From assembly GCA_964016885.1 (NCBI GenBank), contig CAXHJY010001109.1, positions 37,614 through 101,613 of the forward strand: 64,000 bases of DNA, read 5' to 3'. Source of the stretch: Eledone cirrhosa. Lineage: Eukaryota. Below the pieces are notes generated by a model. It had not been told where the DNA came from. It saw only the letters and a program-made list of their open reading frames with translations, and made no database searches. Below are positions 11,732-25,547 of the stretch, in pieces (within the stretch, counting starts at the first letter, position 1; each line of letters opens with the position of its first letter). The position numbers and the translations under genes are program-made.

Positions 11732-14700
11732 CTATCAGACACCCCCATCCCACCAGACCCCACCCCACCAAACATCTGCGTCCCCACCCCGCCGGAAACC
11801 ACCACCCATCCAGACAACCCCTCCAACACCCCCATGGAAATCGTGCGGCCTGGTCCCCAGGAGGCGAAGAGTGAGTGATCTCTTTTCCTCTTTTAACTTT
11901 TCAGCACCAACATGGCCAATATAAGAGTTGGATGTGTGAACGTACGCGGCCTGGGGATGCCCTGGAAACAGGGCAAACTCTTAAACGACCTCAGGTCGCA
12001 CAGTTTGGATGTGGTAGCCATTTGCGAGTCCAGGATCCACGGCGAGCGACAGCTGGCCCCCATCTTCGATGACTTTGAGATCTACGCATCTCTCTGTCAA
12101 CCGGGGGGTGGGGGCGGAGTTGCCGTTTTGCTGCGGAAACACCTGGGCCTCGTAACACAGACGGTACATCTGGACCCGGAGGGTCGACTGGTGGTCCTAG
12201 ACGTTGACGGTAGTGAAGGTGGAGCGTTCAGGCTGGTGGCCGCATATGCCCCATCCGGGACACCGCGGCCAGACTTCTTCAAACGTCTAGAGACTTTTCT
12301 GGGAACGTCCCGCTCCTTGCTTTTAGTGGGGGACTGGAATGGAATCCTAGATGCACGTTGGGACTATGTGGGAGCATGTCCCGATAAAGGGGGGTGTAAC
12401 AGCCTCAAACAGTTAATCGACCGATTTGACCTGGCCGATAGATATCGACTAGATTTTCCGACTGCGCCACTGTGGACGTGGAGTAATCGTAGCGGAACAT
12501 CTAGATCGTACCTAGATAGGGTTCTAGTTAGAAATAAGGATAGGGACATGTTAAGCTGTCCACAAATGTTCATGGTTGCCTATTCAGATCACAAACTAGT
12601 GACCTGCATGGCCAACCTTGATAGAACCCATAGACAAGGACCCGGCTACTGGAAGCTGAACTTGTCGTTACCGACAAGCAAAGCCTACAGTAGACGGATT
12701 AGCACTTTAGTTAAACAGCACTTGACAGGGGCCATTGTCAACAACAGATGGTGGTACTCTCTCAAGAGGGCAGTTAGATTAGACTCGATAGTTTTTAGTA
12801 AAGAATTAGCGTTAGATAGAAATAGAACCGAGAAGGAACTGGTAGATAAAGTAGAAGAGGCTATTAGAAGTGGCAACGTAGCCAGCGTGCTAGCAACGAG
12901 AACGGCTTTGGACCAGTTCTTCGACGCAAAGCACGAGGGCTGCGTTGTCAGAAGCAAAATACGTGCTCTGGGAAACGAGGGAGCCAAAGCTGTTAGCTGG
13001 GCCCGAGTGACGGAGGCAAAAAGTGGCAACAAGTCCACGATTCGGTCTTTGAAGGACCAAAACGGACGCGTGATACGTGAGCCGAAGCAGATGTGTGCGG
13101 CTTTTCAGCGGCACTTTGCTCGGCTGTTCGGGGGGAGTGGCGCGCCGGGAGAGGCTATGGATTTCGGTCCATACCTCGACGGCCTACCGCGACTCTCGGA
13201 CAGCGAGGCGAAGTTCTGCGAAAAGCCGATTTCAGCCACTGAGATAGGGGACGCGCTGAGCCAATGCGGCAAACGCAAATCTCCAGGTCTCGACGGTCTA
13301 CCCTACGAATTTTACGTAGCAATGCCGGACTTATTCTCCGGTCTCCTGGAAGCGGTCTACTGCAACTGGCAACAGAACGGGAGAATTCCCAGTTCTGTAG
13401 CCGGGGGCGTGGTCACACTAATCAGGAAGGACGAGAATAAGGGGGATGACATAGGCAACTTCCGGCCCATAACTCTGCTAAACACAGAGTTACAGATTTT
13501 GGCCAAGGTGTTGGCAAAGAGGCTGGCGCTTGTCGTCGAGAACCTGGTGGGAGAAGCGCAGACATGCGCGATCCCGACCAGGTCCATACTCGACAACCTC
13601 CACCTCATGCGATACATCATAGAGAGGGTAGGGTGTAAACCCGGCTTCGGTGGGGCCCTGATCAACTTGGATCAGTCTAAGGCTTTCGATAGGGTTGACC
13701 ATCGTTACCTGGATGCGGTGCTCGAGGCGGCAGGCTTCGGACCCGTGTTCAGGAGCTGGATTGCTGCAATGCACAACAGCAACATCTGCTCAAGGGTCAA
13801 GGTGAACGGTTACCTCTCGGAGCCGTTCCATATTACGCGATCCATTCGACAGGGATGCCCTCTCTCCTCCCTTCTGTACGTACTGACTCTCGAGCCACTA
13901 CTGCGGAAGCTGGAGCTATTGCAGGGCATCCCTCTGGAACCGGGACTGCGGAAAGCGGCGTCGGCCTACGCCGACGACGTGACAGTAATGGTGTCGAGCG
14001 CCTCGCAAATCGAGGAAGTCGGCACCTTACTAAAGGAATACGAAAGTCTCACAGGAGCGAAGCTGAACCGGGACAAGTCCATCGGTTTGCAACTCGGATC
14101 GTGGAGAGGCAGACCGATGCCTTCCGATGGCGTCGTCGGACGCTGGACGGAAGGACCGGTAAAGCTGCTCGGGGTCTGGTTTGGTCCGGACCTCCAGGTG
14201 GAGAAGAACTGGAACGAAGTGACGGCCAAGGTGTTTGCACTCACCCAGAAGTGGGCCGAGTGCAAACTATCCTTGAAAGGTCGAGCGGAGGTGGCGAACA
14301 CTTTTATAGCGTCCGCCATCTACTACCGCTTGACCGTCGTGCCTTGTCCAGCCAAAACGCTCGCCAAAATGGAGCGCGCCCTCTTCCGATTCCTTTGGAA
14401 GAGGCGGGCTCCTTTGGTAAGAAGATCCATCTGCTGCCAACACCCTTCTAACGGAGGGCTGGGGATGCCGTGGTTGACGATGCGCAAACACGCGCTCAGG
14501 CTGCGGCATCTCTACGTATTCCTCACCGGACAACCGGTGTGGGCCCCGTTCGTGAGGCGAGCCTTCCCACGACTCGTCTCGCTGACCGAGCTGCAGTCCT
14601 GGGTCAAGCAGAGACCGAGGAAAATGGGCGACTGGCACATCGAATGTGCTCAGGCGCTCACAGCCCTCTGGCAGGCGGACCCGGCGATCAGTGGAGACTC

Positions 14701-15585
14701 CACTTCGTCATTCTATAGAGGGTTGGTCCGCAGCAAGTGCGACGACGCGCTCGGTGAAACTCTAGGCGTGGAGGAAGATGAACTGGCCAGTCTGTTCGGT
14801 AGGACCTTCCGCCCGGGACCGATGGACAACTTCCAAAAGTCCCTGGCCTGGCAGTGCTACCGAGGAGCTCTACCAGTTCGAGACAAGCTCTACAGACATG
14901 GGCGCCCGGGCAGGGACCCTGCAAAAAAGATCTGTCCGAGGTGCGTGCGAGACGAAGAAACCGTCGCGCACGCATTGATACACTGCCCGGGCGTCACTGA
15001 CCTGTGGGGCTATGTAGAACGACTATTGTCGCGGGTGGGACCAATCCAGTTGACCACCGAGTCCATTGTCATGATCAAACCGCCACCCTCCTTCAAAAAC
15101 GAAGGAGAGGCGGTTTTCCTTTGTGTGATAGCTATGGCGAAAGAGGTTGTATGGTGGACAAGGTTGAAAGGGCTGAGGTCAGACACCTTTCTCTCCGGCC
15201 AACAACTGATTCTTTTTTTCAAATACCACTTTGGAAGAAGAATCAGGATGGAGAGAGAGGTGCTGTACCCCAGCAAGTTTTATGAAAGGTGGGTGAAAGT
15301 GGCGAGAATGGCCCGAGTGAATGGGCCTTCTCTCTATATCAGCCTGTAGGTTGAGGAAAAGGAGGAGGAGAGGAAAGGAGTACAAGCTCTTCGTACTCCT
15401 GGAGATGAGGGTTGCACATTTTTTTCGGGGGTCTGTGTTACCCATATAAACTGTCTCCCTCTATTGGGGAAAATCGACTAACTTTTAAATTCCATCTGTG
15501 ATAACATTTTACACGTTTTTATTGTATGTAAACTTCCCCCTTTGTATTTGTCCCCTTCTTTTGTGCCCCTGTGGCTAATAAAGAA
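11732..15585 (+). mobile_element. Tx1/L1-group non-LTR retrotransposon, 5'-truncated (ORF1 essentially lost)
   Basis: Intact ORF2, 3'UTR ending GTGGCTAATAAAGAAA then (TA)n; the same 3' end is seen on the copy at 5656. Confidence 0.9.
11912..15349 (+). CDS. Tx1-type ORF2: APE endonuclease, reverse transcriptase, C-terminal CCHC zinc knuckle (1145 aa)
   Basis: NVRGL, GDWN, YLDR, SDH (APE); KSPGLDG, FRPITLLN, LDQSKAFDRV, RQGCPLS, YADD (RT); CPRC..ETVAHALIHC. Confidence 0.95.
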   Translation: MANIRVGCVNVRGLGMPWKQGKLLNDLRSHSLDVVAICESRIHGERQLAPIFDDFEIYASLCQPGGGGGVAVLLRKHLGLVTQTVHLDPEGRLVVLDVDGSEGGAFRLVAAYAPSGTPRPDFFKRLETFLGTSRSLLLVGDWNGILDARWDYVGACPDKGGCNSLKQLIDRFDLADRYRLDFPTAPLWTWSNRSGTSRSYLDRVLVRNKDRDMLSCPQMFMVAYSDHKLVTCMANLDRTHRQGPGYWKLNLSLPTSKAYSRRISTLVKQHLTGAIVNNRWWYSLKRAVRLDSIVFSKELALDRNRTEKELVDKVEEAIRSGNVASVLATRTALDQFFDAKHEGCVVRSKIRALGNEGAKAVSWARVTEAKSGNKSTIRSLKDQNGRVIREPKQMCAAFQRHFARLFGGSGAPGEAMDFGPYLDGLPRLSDSEAKFCEKPISATEIGDALSQCGKRKSPGLDGLPYEFYVAMPDLFSGLLEAVYCNWQQNGRIPSSVAGGVVTLIRKDENKGDDIGNFRPITLLNTELQILAKVLAKRLALVVENLVGEAQTCAIPTRSILDNLHLMRYIIERVGCKPGFGGALINLDQSKAFDRVDHRYLDAVLEAAGFGPVFRSWIAAMHNSNICSRVKVNGYLSEPFHITRSIRQGCPLSSLLYVLTLEPLLRKLELLQGIPLEPGLRKAASAYADDVTVMVSSASQIEEVGTLLKEYESLTGAKLNRDKSIGLQLGSWRGRPMPSDGVVGRWTEGPVKLLGVWFGPDLQVEKNWNEVTAKVFALTQKWAECKLSLKGRAEVANTFIASAIYYRLTVVPCPAKTLAKMERALFRFLWKRRAPLVRRSICCQHPSNGGLGMPWLTMRKHALRLRHLYVFLTGQPVWAPFVRRAFPRLVSLTELQSWVKQRPRKMGDWHIECAQALTALWQADPAISGDSTSSFYRGLVRSKCDDALGETLGVEEDELASLFGRTFRPGPMDNFQKSLAWQCYRGALPVRDKLYRHGRPGRDPAKKICPRCVRDEETVAHALIHCPGVTDLWGYVERLLSRVGPIQLTTESIVMIKPPPSFKNEGEAVFLCVIAMAKEVVWWTRLKGLRSDTFLSGQQLILFFKYHFGRRIRMEREVLYPSKFYERWVKVARMARVNGPSLYISL

Positions 15586-15638
<53 letters not shown>

Positions 15639-15961
15639 GTATATATATGTCTATATATGTATATATATATATATATATATATGTCTATATATGTATATAT
15701 ATAATATGTATATATATGTCTATATATGTCTAAATATATATAATATGTATATATATGTATATATATATATGTCTATATATATATATATGTCTATATATAT
15801 GTCTTTATATATATATATACATATATATACATATATATACATATATATACATATACATACATATATATACATATATATACATATATATACATATACATAC
15901 ATATATATACATGTATATGTATATGTATGTATATGTATATATATATATATACATATATATA

Positions 15962-16297
15962 TATGGAGGCACATGGCTTAGAGCATTGGCCTTGCAATCG
16001 AAAGGTTGTGAGTTCAATTCTCAGACCGGGTGATGTGTTGTTTCCTTGAGCAAGACACTTTATTTCACATTGCTCCAGTTTACTCAGCTGTAGAAATGAG
16101 ATGTTAGGGACTGGGGTCCCTATCATTCCACTGCAAAGTGGTCGTGGAGGTGCCACAGCAAAAAAGCACCCAGCACTCACTGTAAATGAGGTTAGTGTTA
16201 GGAAGGGCATCCAGCTGTAGAAATCAAGCCAGAATCAGTTCCCGTCTCACCCTTGCAAGCAAGGAAAAGTGGACGTAAAATGAAATGATGATGATGA
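15962..16297 (+). mobile_element. tRNA-headed SINE with (TGA)n tail
   Basis: Inverted near-copy of 546-890. Confidence 0.8.
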
Positions 16298-16357
16298 TAT
16301 GTATATCAATGTTTTCTATAGCTTTCATTTATATATATATATATATTTATATTTATG

Positions 16358-16668
16358 TGTACACGTACATATATGTATACAGACGTACAGTAGTACGTAT
16401 ATATATATACATACATGCACACATATATATATATGCACGTATGGATTCACCGAACATTTATTATAATGCCCGGTGTGTTTGTAAACAAACATCCCGTATT
16501 AAGTAGTGTCCAGCAACCATCGTTGCTCGTTTGTTCAACACTGACAAAGGAACACTGTACTAGTTTCAAGCTTATTATATATATAAACAAACGAGCAACG
16601 ATGGTTGCTAGACACTACGGCTTAATACGGGATGTTTGTTTACAAACACACCGAGCATTATAATAAAT
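16358..16668 (-). mobile_element. PLE terminal-repeat remnant with inverted arms, truncated inside its hammerhead
   Basis: Arms ~16456-16534 and ~16586-16668; TACTAGTTTCAAGCTT matches the 3' half of the hammerhead at 21094-21138. Confidence 0.6.
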
Positions 16669-16785
16669 TGACATATGTTTCTGTAACAGACGGAATACCT
16701 ATGTATCGCTGCTTGCGTAATCATATAATACTAGCACGTAATCGATAGCAAATGTATAATCAGTTGTCACTTCTTCAGAGATATT
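16667..16785 (-). ncRNA. Degenerate type I hammerhead with long stem II
   Basis: CUGAAGA-A-GUGACA..(long insert)..UGUUAC-A-GAAAC-AUAU-GUC; stem I pairs poorly; 3' half repeated inverted at 17184-17223. Confidence 0.5.
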
Positions 16786-17104
16786 GGATAAATTGGAAAA
16801 AATCAGAAAAATCAAAGTATTTATATTAGTCGTAAGAAAGGCGAGATTTGAAGGAGGTAGCTGTAGACCCCACATAGTACCACTTCTGGCTACCCGATTC
16901 GATAGTACATTTGTATATGATGTTGCGTTCAAGACACTGATTATTCAACAGACACATTCCTGGTTGGACACAGTTACAGTTATAATTATGCGCAGTTGTA
17001 ATACCATGGATGGGTTTATGAGGTTGCTTAGGTAGGTCGGGATGTTGTTTGTTGTTTTGTGATGTTATAGCCGATGTTTTACGTGTATTGTTATGTGTTG
17101 GAAA

Positions 17105-17182
17105 GCAATCTTATAAAAACCCACCCTCAAACTCACTTTTGGATGCATTTGAACAGGACCTAATGGATATGATCATGGGGAT
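17105..17182 (+). pseudogene. Short PLE N-terminal domain fragment
   Basis: SYKNPPSNSLLDAFEQDLMDMIMGI resembles the S.K.PP...L..FE.DL..MI pattern of Naiad-type ORF N-termini. Confidence 0.45.
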
Positions 17183-17376
17183 CATACATAGGTATTCCGT
17201 CTGTTACAGAAACATATGTCAATACCTAATAAATTCCTTTATAAAAGCACTTTCATTTTATATTCATCTCTTCTACATTTTCTCCGGAATATAATTTATA
17301 CTCGTTGAGCAAACCTACATGTACGCTGTTCATCTCTAATATGACGATATATTATCACTACATTATTGATAACTTG

Positions 17377-17550
<174 letters not shown>

Positions 17551-17619
17551 TATATATATATATACACACACATAAAAAGACACACACATATATACATATA
17601 TATATATATACACACACAC

Positions 17620-17667
<48 letters not shown>

Positions 17668-17732
17668 TATATATATATACACACATAAAAAGACACACAC
17701 ATATATACATATATATATATATACACACACAC

Positions 17733-17776
<44 letters not shown>

Positions 17777-17942
17777 TATTTGAGGTCAAATACCAACCCT
17801 ACTAGCATCTACAAACTGACCAATGAGAATTAAGATTATTCCTGCTGACAACATTAAATTATTCCTAACAAGCTCATATGTCCCAAAGCTCTGATACAAT
17901 CAACACTATAAACACAGAGCTGGCATATCTAAGAACTGACTA

Positions 17943-17998
17943 ACTGCCTGATGAGGTCATAGCCACTCAATGGCTATCATCGAAATATATATAGCAGT
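17943..17998 (+). ncRNA. Type I hammerhead ribozyme (minimal stem III)
   Basis: ACUGC-CUGAUGA-GGUCAUAGCCA-CUCAA-UGGCUAUCAUC-GAAAU-AUAU-AUA-GCAGU; AATAAA immediately after. Confidence 0.88.
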
Positions 17999-18070
17999 AA
18001 ATAAAGGATTATGAGTTCATGCAATTGACTTATGTTTCGCCACTATATATATATATATATACATATATAT

Positions 18071-18122
<52 letters not shown>

Positions 18123-18136
18123 TTAATATAGATGAT

Positions 18137-18183
18137 ATTCTACAAGACTAGAACTGTTTCATTCTTTAGAAATCATCAGGAAT
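18137..18183 (-). ncRNA. Candidate type I hammerhead ribozyme
   Basis: AUUC-CUGAUGA-UUUCUAAAGAAU-GAAACAG-UUCUAGUC-UUGUA-GAAU; short stems. Confidence 0.6.
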
Positions 18184-18431
18184 CTGGCTTTCCAGAAATA
18201 AATGTGGTGGTATTTATAGCAATGTTCAGGTGGTAGGAGAGGGTGGGGAGTGGGATGGGTAGAGGTCATTGGTATATAGAAAAGGGAATTCATTAAAAGC
18301 TAATTCTTCTCAAATTTATATTTAGAGTGACAAAGGCAGAAAGAATTCTATAAACAAGTTCAGAATGGGGTGCCACTCATTATTTTTAAGTTTCTCTTAA
18401 GCTATATTCCAGGTGTCAACAGACACATTCA

Positions 18432-18908
<477 letters not shown>

Positions 18909-19092
18909 ATATACACATATATATATATATATATATACACAGTTCAAGAGTAACCAATCTTAAAGAGAGAGGTGGTGATAGGAGAGGAGAGATTGGTGAA
19001 TTCGTTAGAAGCCAAAGCGTCAAGGCATTGTCTGCCATAATCAAGCAGTATTCTTCTGTCAAGGCTGCATTGTGTGAGATCTTATGGAGTAG

Positions 19093-19250
19093 CGGACATT
19101 TGATTGGCAGTATCGGTAGAGAGTCGGACACCATGCTTTGAAGCAAAGAGTAACGTCCCTTTATGATCTGAGTTCAAATCCCGCCGAGGTTAACTTTGCC
19201 TTTCATCCTTACGGGGTCGATAAAATAAAGTCCCAGTAATGTACTGGGTA
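19093..19250 (+). mobile_element. tRNA-derived SINE
   Basis: A-box, B-box GAGTTCAAATCCC and shared core. Confidence 0.8.
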
Positions 19251-19354
19251 ATACACATATATATATATACACATATATATATATACATATACACACACAC
19301 ATACACACGTATATATACACACACACATATATATATATATATACATATACACAA

Positions 19355-19387
<33 letters not shown>

Positions 19388-19394
19388 TAGATAC

Positions 19395-19425
<31 letters not shown>

Positions 19426-19435
19426 CATATATATA

Positions 19436-20113
19436 TATTAATGTTAATTCTAACCACCCCAAAAACATCACTGATAACTTAGTAAAATGCGTCTCTATTA
19501 GAATCTCTGGCCTCTCTGCCAATGAAGATATTTTTAACGCCTCTGCTTCCTACTACAATGACACCCTCGCCCGCAGCGGATTTAAAGAAAAGATAACCTA
19601 CCTAGAAACCACCGCAAGACTGCAGAGGAGGAATAGGCATAGGCAGATTAGCTGGTACAACCCTCCCTTCAATAGAGAGGTCTCTACACCTATAGCTAGG
19701 ATTTTCTTCACTTTGCTGAACACACACTTCCCCATACAACATAGGTACTACACCATCTTTAATAAGAAAACAATAAGACTCTCCTACTCCACCACACCTA
19801 ACCTAGCTAGGAATATAGCCAATCACAATTCTAAAAAATTAAATAAGCCAACCACCTCCGAACCCAATCCCCGGACTGGGGCCTTGTGTAATTGCCTAAT
19901 TAAGGAAGCCTGCCCACTTGAAAACAAATGCCTGACAAATGTTATCGTATACAAATGCAATGTCATCTCAAGCACCGATGATTGCAACAAAAAGACTTAC
20001 ATCAGCATGACTTCCAATAACTTTAAGACCTGTTGGTATGCCCATACCCACTCCTTCAGAAGACCGGACAAATCAAACCAGACAACACTCGCCTCCTATG
20101 TTTGGGACCTAGA
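19436..20113 (+). pseudogene. Naiad-type PLE fragment (RT thumb, Cys linker, GIY-YIG), truncated at both ends
   Basis: [42 protein letters not shown]. Confidence 0.88.
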
Positions 20114-20145
20114 GTGTTTTCCATTTAAGCGTGAAGGGAGTGGAG

Positions 20146-21466
<1,321 letters not shown>

Positions 21467-21469
21467 TTC

Positions 21470-22707
21470 AGGTAACTGACCTTGTGGGCTTATTTTTAAT
21501 CAATTCGCTACATGGGAAAATACCTGGTACTACCGGAGGTTTATATAGGGATGACATGCTTTTACTTATTAATAATAATAACCCTGAACTAAATAGAAAA
21601 TGTAAACAAATTACAAAATTTTTTAATTACTTTAACCTTAAAATAGAAATTGAGAACAACCATAGAATAGTCAATTTCCTAGATATAACATTAAATCTCA
21701 ACACATGTCTCCACTATCCTTTTCACAAGTTGAATGAAAACTTAAACTATGTCAACTTTAACTCTAACCACCCCAGATCTGTCAAAAACACTATAGTAAA
21801 CTCAGTTCAAAAACGTATCTCTAGGATCTCGTCGAATAGAAAGATTTTCGACGAAAAGGCCCAATACTATAATGAAGCACTAGCTAGGGCAGGATATGCT
21901 GATAAGATTGTGTACATAGATAATGATAGACAAACTAAACAAAGTAACAACTTTTTTAATTACGGCAACAACATTAACAACTATAATAGAAAGCATTACA
22001 ATAATTCCAAAGGACAAAAAAGAAATAGAACTAGGAACATAATTTGGTTTGCCCCCCCCCCTTTCTCACTAAACATTAAAACCCACATCGCTAAATTATT
22101 TTTCAAAGCTCTTGATAATCGCTTCCCTAGAACACATAGGTATCACCCAATTTTCAATAGGCATACAATTAAATTAACCTACTCATCCACCAAAAATTTA
22201 GCACAAAATATTAATAGAATAAATAATAGGAACTTAAAACCTACTGATAATAGCATAAATAATATACAAGTTAACAAATGTAACTGTAGAGATAGATCTA
22301 AATGTCCGTTAAATAACAACTGCTTAGTTAAAAATATAGTATACAATTGTAATGTTAATACTGACTCTAATTCTTTTAACTACGTCGGTTCCACATCGAC
22401 GGAATTTAAACTTCGCTATAATAACCACAAGAATTCTTTCACAGATCCAAGTAAAAAATCTTCAACGGCACTATCAGGCGTACTCTGGCAACTTAAGCTA
22501 GATAACGTTAGATATTCGACGGCTTGGAATATAGTCTCAAGAGGGATCCCTTTTAATTCATCCTCTGAGACATGTGACCTCTGCGCAGAGGAGATATTCT
22601 TTATACTAAAATCTAAAAATTCCCTTAACCTACGGACAAATTTATTCAGTTGTTGCAAACATAGATTAAACTCAACGTTTAAATATAAATTTAAATTTAA
22701 AATGTAG
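21470..22707 (+). CDS. Naiad-type PLE ORF, 5'-truncated but open (RT C-terminal half plus GIY-YIG)
   Basis: DLVGL, GGLYRDD, NFLDITLNL, SNHP, CNC..CPLNNNC..NIVY, YVGST..FKLRY.NH, CDLCAEE, CKH. Confidence 0.9.
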
Positions 22708-24087
22708 TATATTTAGTTTGATTTATATTTATATGGGAAACTAGCCGATAAATTTTTGATTCCTAAATCTTTGATTCCTTCTTTTTACTCTTTTTTTATT
22801 GTTTATTTTTATTTTATTTTTATCTAAACATTCCTCATGAAAAATTAAGCTACCCTAAAAGCTGATGCTCCAAATTTTTTGAATAAACCTTGCACTAGAT
22901 AAACTTCTATATTAAATATAAGAACATATGTAGACATAATTGGACATCATAATCTTTTTGAAATGATCTTTGCTAGATGTGATTTGATAGATAATTTTTG
23001 GCTTTGTCTTGTAATGAACTTGGCAATATATTGTCAATTAACTTTGAAGGGTTGATCTTTGTGGTTTATTTTTATTTTTATTTTTATTTTTATTTTTATT
23101 ATTGTAGTATTCTATAATATTTTTTGTATTTCTTTAATATGTAAATTTTTAATACGTAATATTTTTTAATACGAAGTATGTTTAATATATAATATTTTTA
23201 TTATGTAATATTCTTTCGTAATATTTTTTTAGTTTTCTATTCTATATTTTTACTTATTATTATTATTGTTATCTTTTTATTTTTAGTTTTGTTTATGATA
23301 TATATTTTTATTAGTATATTGAAATCTGCTCTCTATTTCTGCTTGATAGATAATCTTGTAGAGTAATGACAGGAATAATAATACACATATTTGTATGCTC
23401 AAATTTTTATACCACATTGAGAATGTTTTCCGTGAAATTAGAGTTTGCAGAGTGAATCAGTTGGATTCGCATGGATGTTTGTAGCTGTCACATAAACATA
23501 TGAATTTTTTAAAACTAAACATAAGATAATTAATTTTCACACATTATGGATACTTGTCTCATTCAGGAATACTGATATTTACAATATAGTGTAAGTTTTA
23601 TAAATACTAATACATTAAAACATAGGGTTTTTACGCCTCGAATATATCTGGCTATTTTTAAATTTTTTTTCTCTCGCTATTTTTTTTCCTCTCTCTATAT
23701 TTTTTCTCTCTATATACTTGAGCTAAATAAATAAATAAATAAATAAACGTATCATTGATACATTTACTCAAAATGACCTCCCACTACCTAATTTTCTATA
23801 TATATATGTATCTATCTCTATTTCCTCTCTCTCTATATATATATCTCTTTCTGTTTCTTTACATGAAGTTCTTCGCTTTATCTATCTTTCCATCTCTCTA
23901 TTTTGTTCCATGCATTTCCTCTTTCTCTTCTTTTTCTTCCTTTTCTTCGTTTTCTGTTTTTCTTTCTGTTTTCTCTCTTTCTTTCTCTCTGTGTAAAATT
24001 TTCTCACTGCCAGCTTAAACCTCTTCAAATGAAGTCGGTGTTATAACGGTATGTCGAATCTATTTATCTATAAAACTGTTTATATTG

Positions 24088-24153
24088 TATTTTGTCTGAT
24101 GAAGGCATAGCATATTGTTAATATGATATCCCCGAAATATATATAATGAAATA
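24088..24153 (+). ncRNA. Type I hammerhead at the 3' end of the 21470-22707 element
   Basis: UAUUUUGU-CUGAUGA-AGGCAUAGCAUAUU-GUU-AAUAUGAUAUCCCC-GAAAU-AUAU-AUA-AUGAAAUA; homologue at 33816. Confidence 0.8.
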
Positions 24154-24294
24154 AATATGGTTTTATAAATATAGTTTTCCATTTATTTAATATTTAATAT
24201 TGTAATATACTCCAAATATGTGTCGAGTGCTTTTATATCAGTTATAAATGTTTACTAGTTGTAACCCAACAATTTTAAATATAACTTTCCATAC

Positions 24295-24359
<65 letters not shown>

Positions 24360-24557
24360 TGTGTGTACAAGCATACACATACACACACACATACATACAT
24401 TCACACAAACATACAACGTACATACACATACATGAATGCACTCCACTACATATTCACACACGCAAATAAATATAAGAAAAAAATATATAAATATATATTA
24501 ACAAATTTTTGACAGCGATACATGCCCCAGCTAATTTATATTTATACTCGGATTCTT

Positions 24558-25165
24558 TTCCTAGAGTGCTTAAACTATCTGTGACTAATCCCGGTTTTTT
24601 TCATAAAAACTGTGATAATTATTGCTATTTTGCTGAACTCCTTTGTAGAGTTTTTTTTTCAGAATGTATTTGACTGCTATTTCTTGTAAATAAACATTCA
24701 CTTCCATCCTGACGTCACTAGCCCCGTTTTTTCCTCGTGTGCTTTTTCATAAATACACATGAAGGCGAACTAGCCAGTTTTAGAATTCCCTTTTTCGGAT
24801 TATATTACTGTGAGAGCCCTGGTTTTCTGTTGAGCTCTGCTGATGATTGAAATTCCAACCGTGACCATCTCCACTGAAAGTTTTCATGAAATAGTCTTTT
24901 AAGACTATACAGAGCATTTGATGTTATTCCAAATTGAAGGATAAGTGTTTCAAACTTTATTTTATCATGAGTTAAAGGTCTATAGATTTTCCCTGGATTT
25001 TACTAAATTCTGTGGATGAATTTATATCCTGATTCTCTTTTGAGATGAGTTTGAGTTATTTTTCCTAAATCTTTCGTTAACTACTTTTCCCATCTTGACG
25101 TTATAGTCGCATATATGTTATAGAATGCCGTTAGCTTCTTGCTAAAACAATCTCTATACCTCTCA
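24558..25165 (+). mobile_element. ~600-bp hammerhead-bearing repeat, copy 2
   Basis: Diverged homologue of 20146-20755; ends at (TA)n. Confidence 0.75.
24834..24915 (+). ncRNA. Type I hammerhead ribozyme with full stem III
   Basis: GCUCUG-CUGAUGA-U-UGAAA..UUUCA-U-GAA-AUAGUCUU-UU-AAGACUAU-A-CAGAGC. Confidence 0.88.
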
Positions 25166-25167
25166 TT

Positions 25168-25321
<154 letters not shown>

Positions 25322-25547
25322 AACATATACGTACATATATACATATATACATATATACACACAAAAATACATACACATACACATAGGTATGTGAAGGGCA
25401 AAACAAAAAGAATATATGGGGGGCTAAGAGGAGGTAAAAATATAAGGGGAGGTAAGGGAGAAACATTTTCTTTTAAATATACAAGAGTACAGAAGGTAGA
25501 ATCAGCAAAATAAAAACCGTAGCAAAAGTAAAGAGCAGAGAAGGAGT

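Noticed and set aside
11981-15445. Antisense and alternate-frame ORFs over the Tx1 ORF2
   Set aside because: Expected shadows of a GC-rich coding sequence; no recognisable domains
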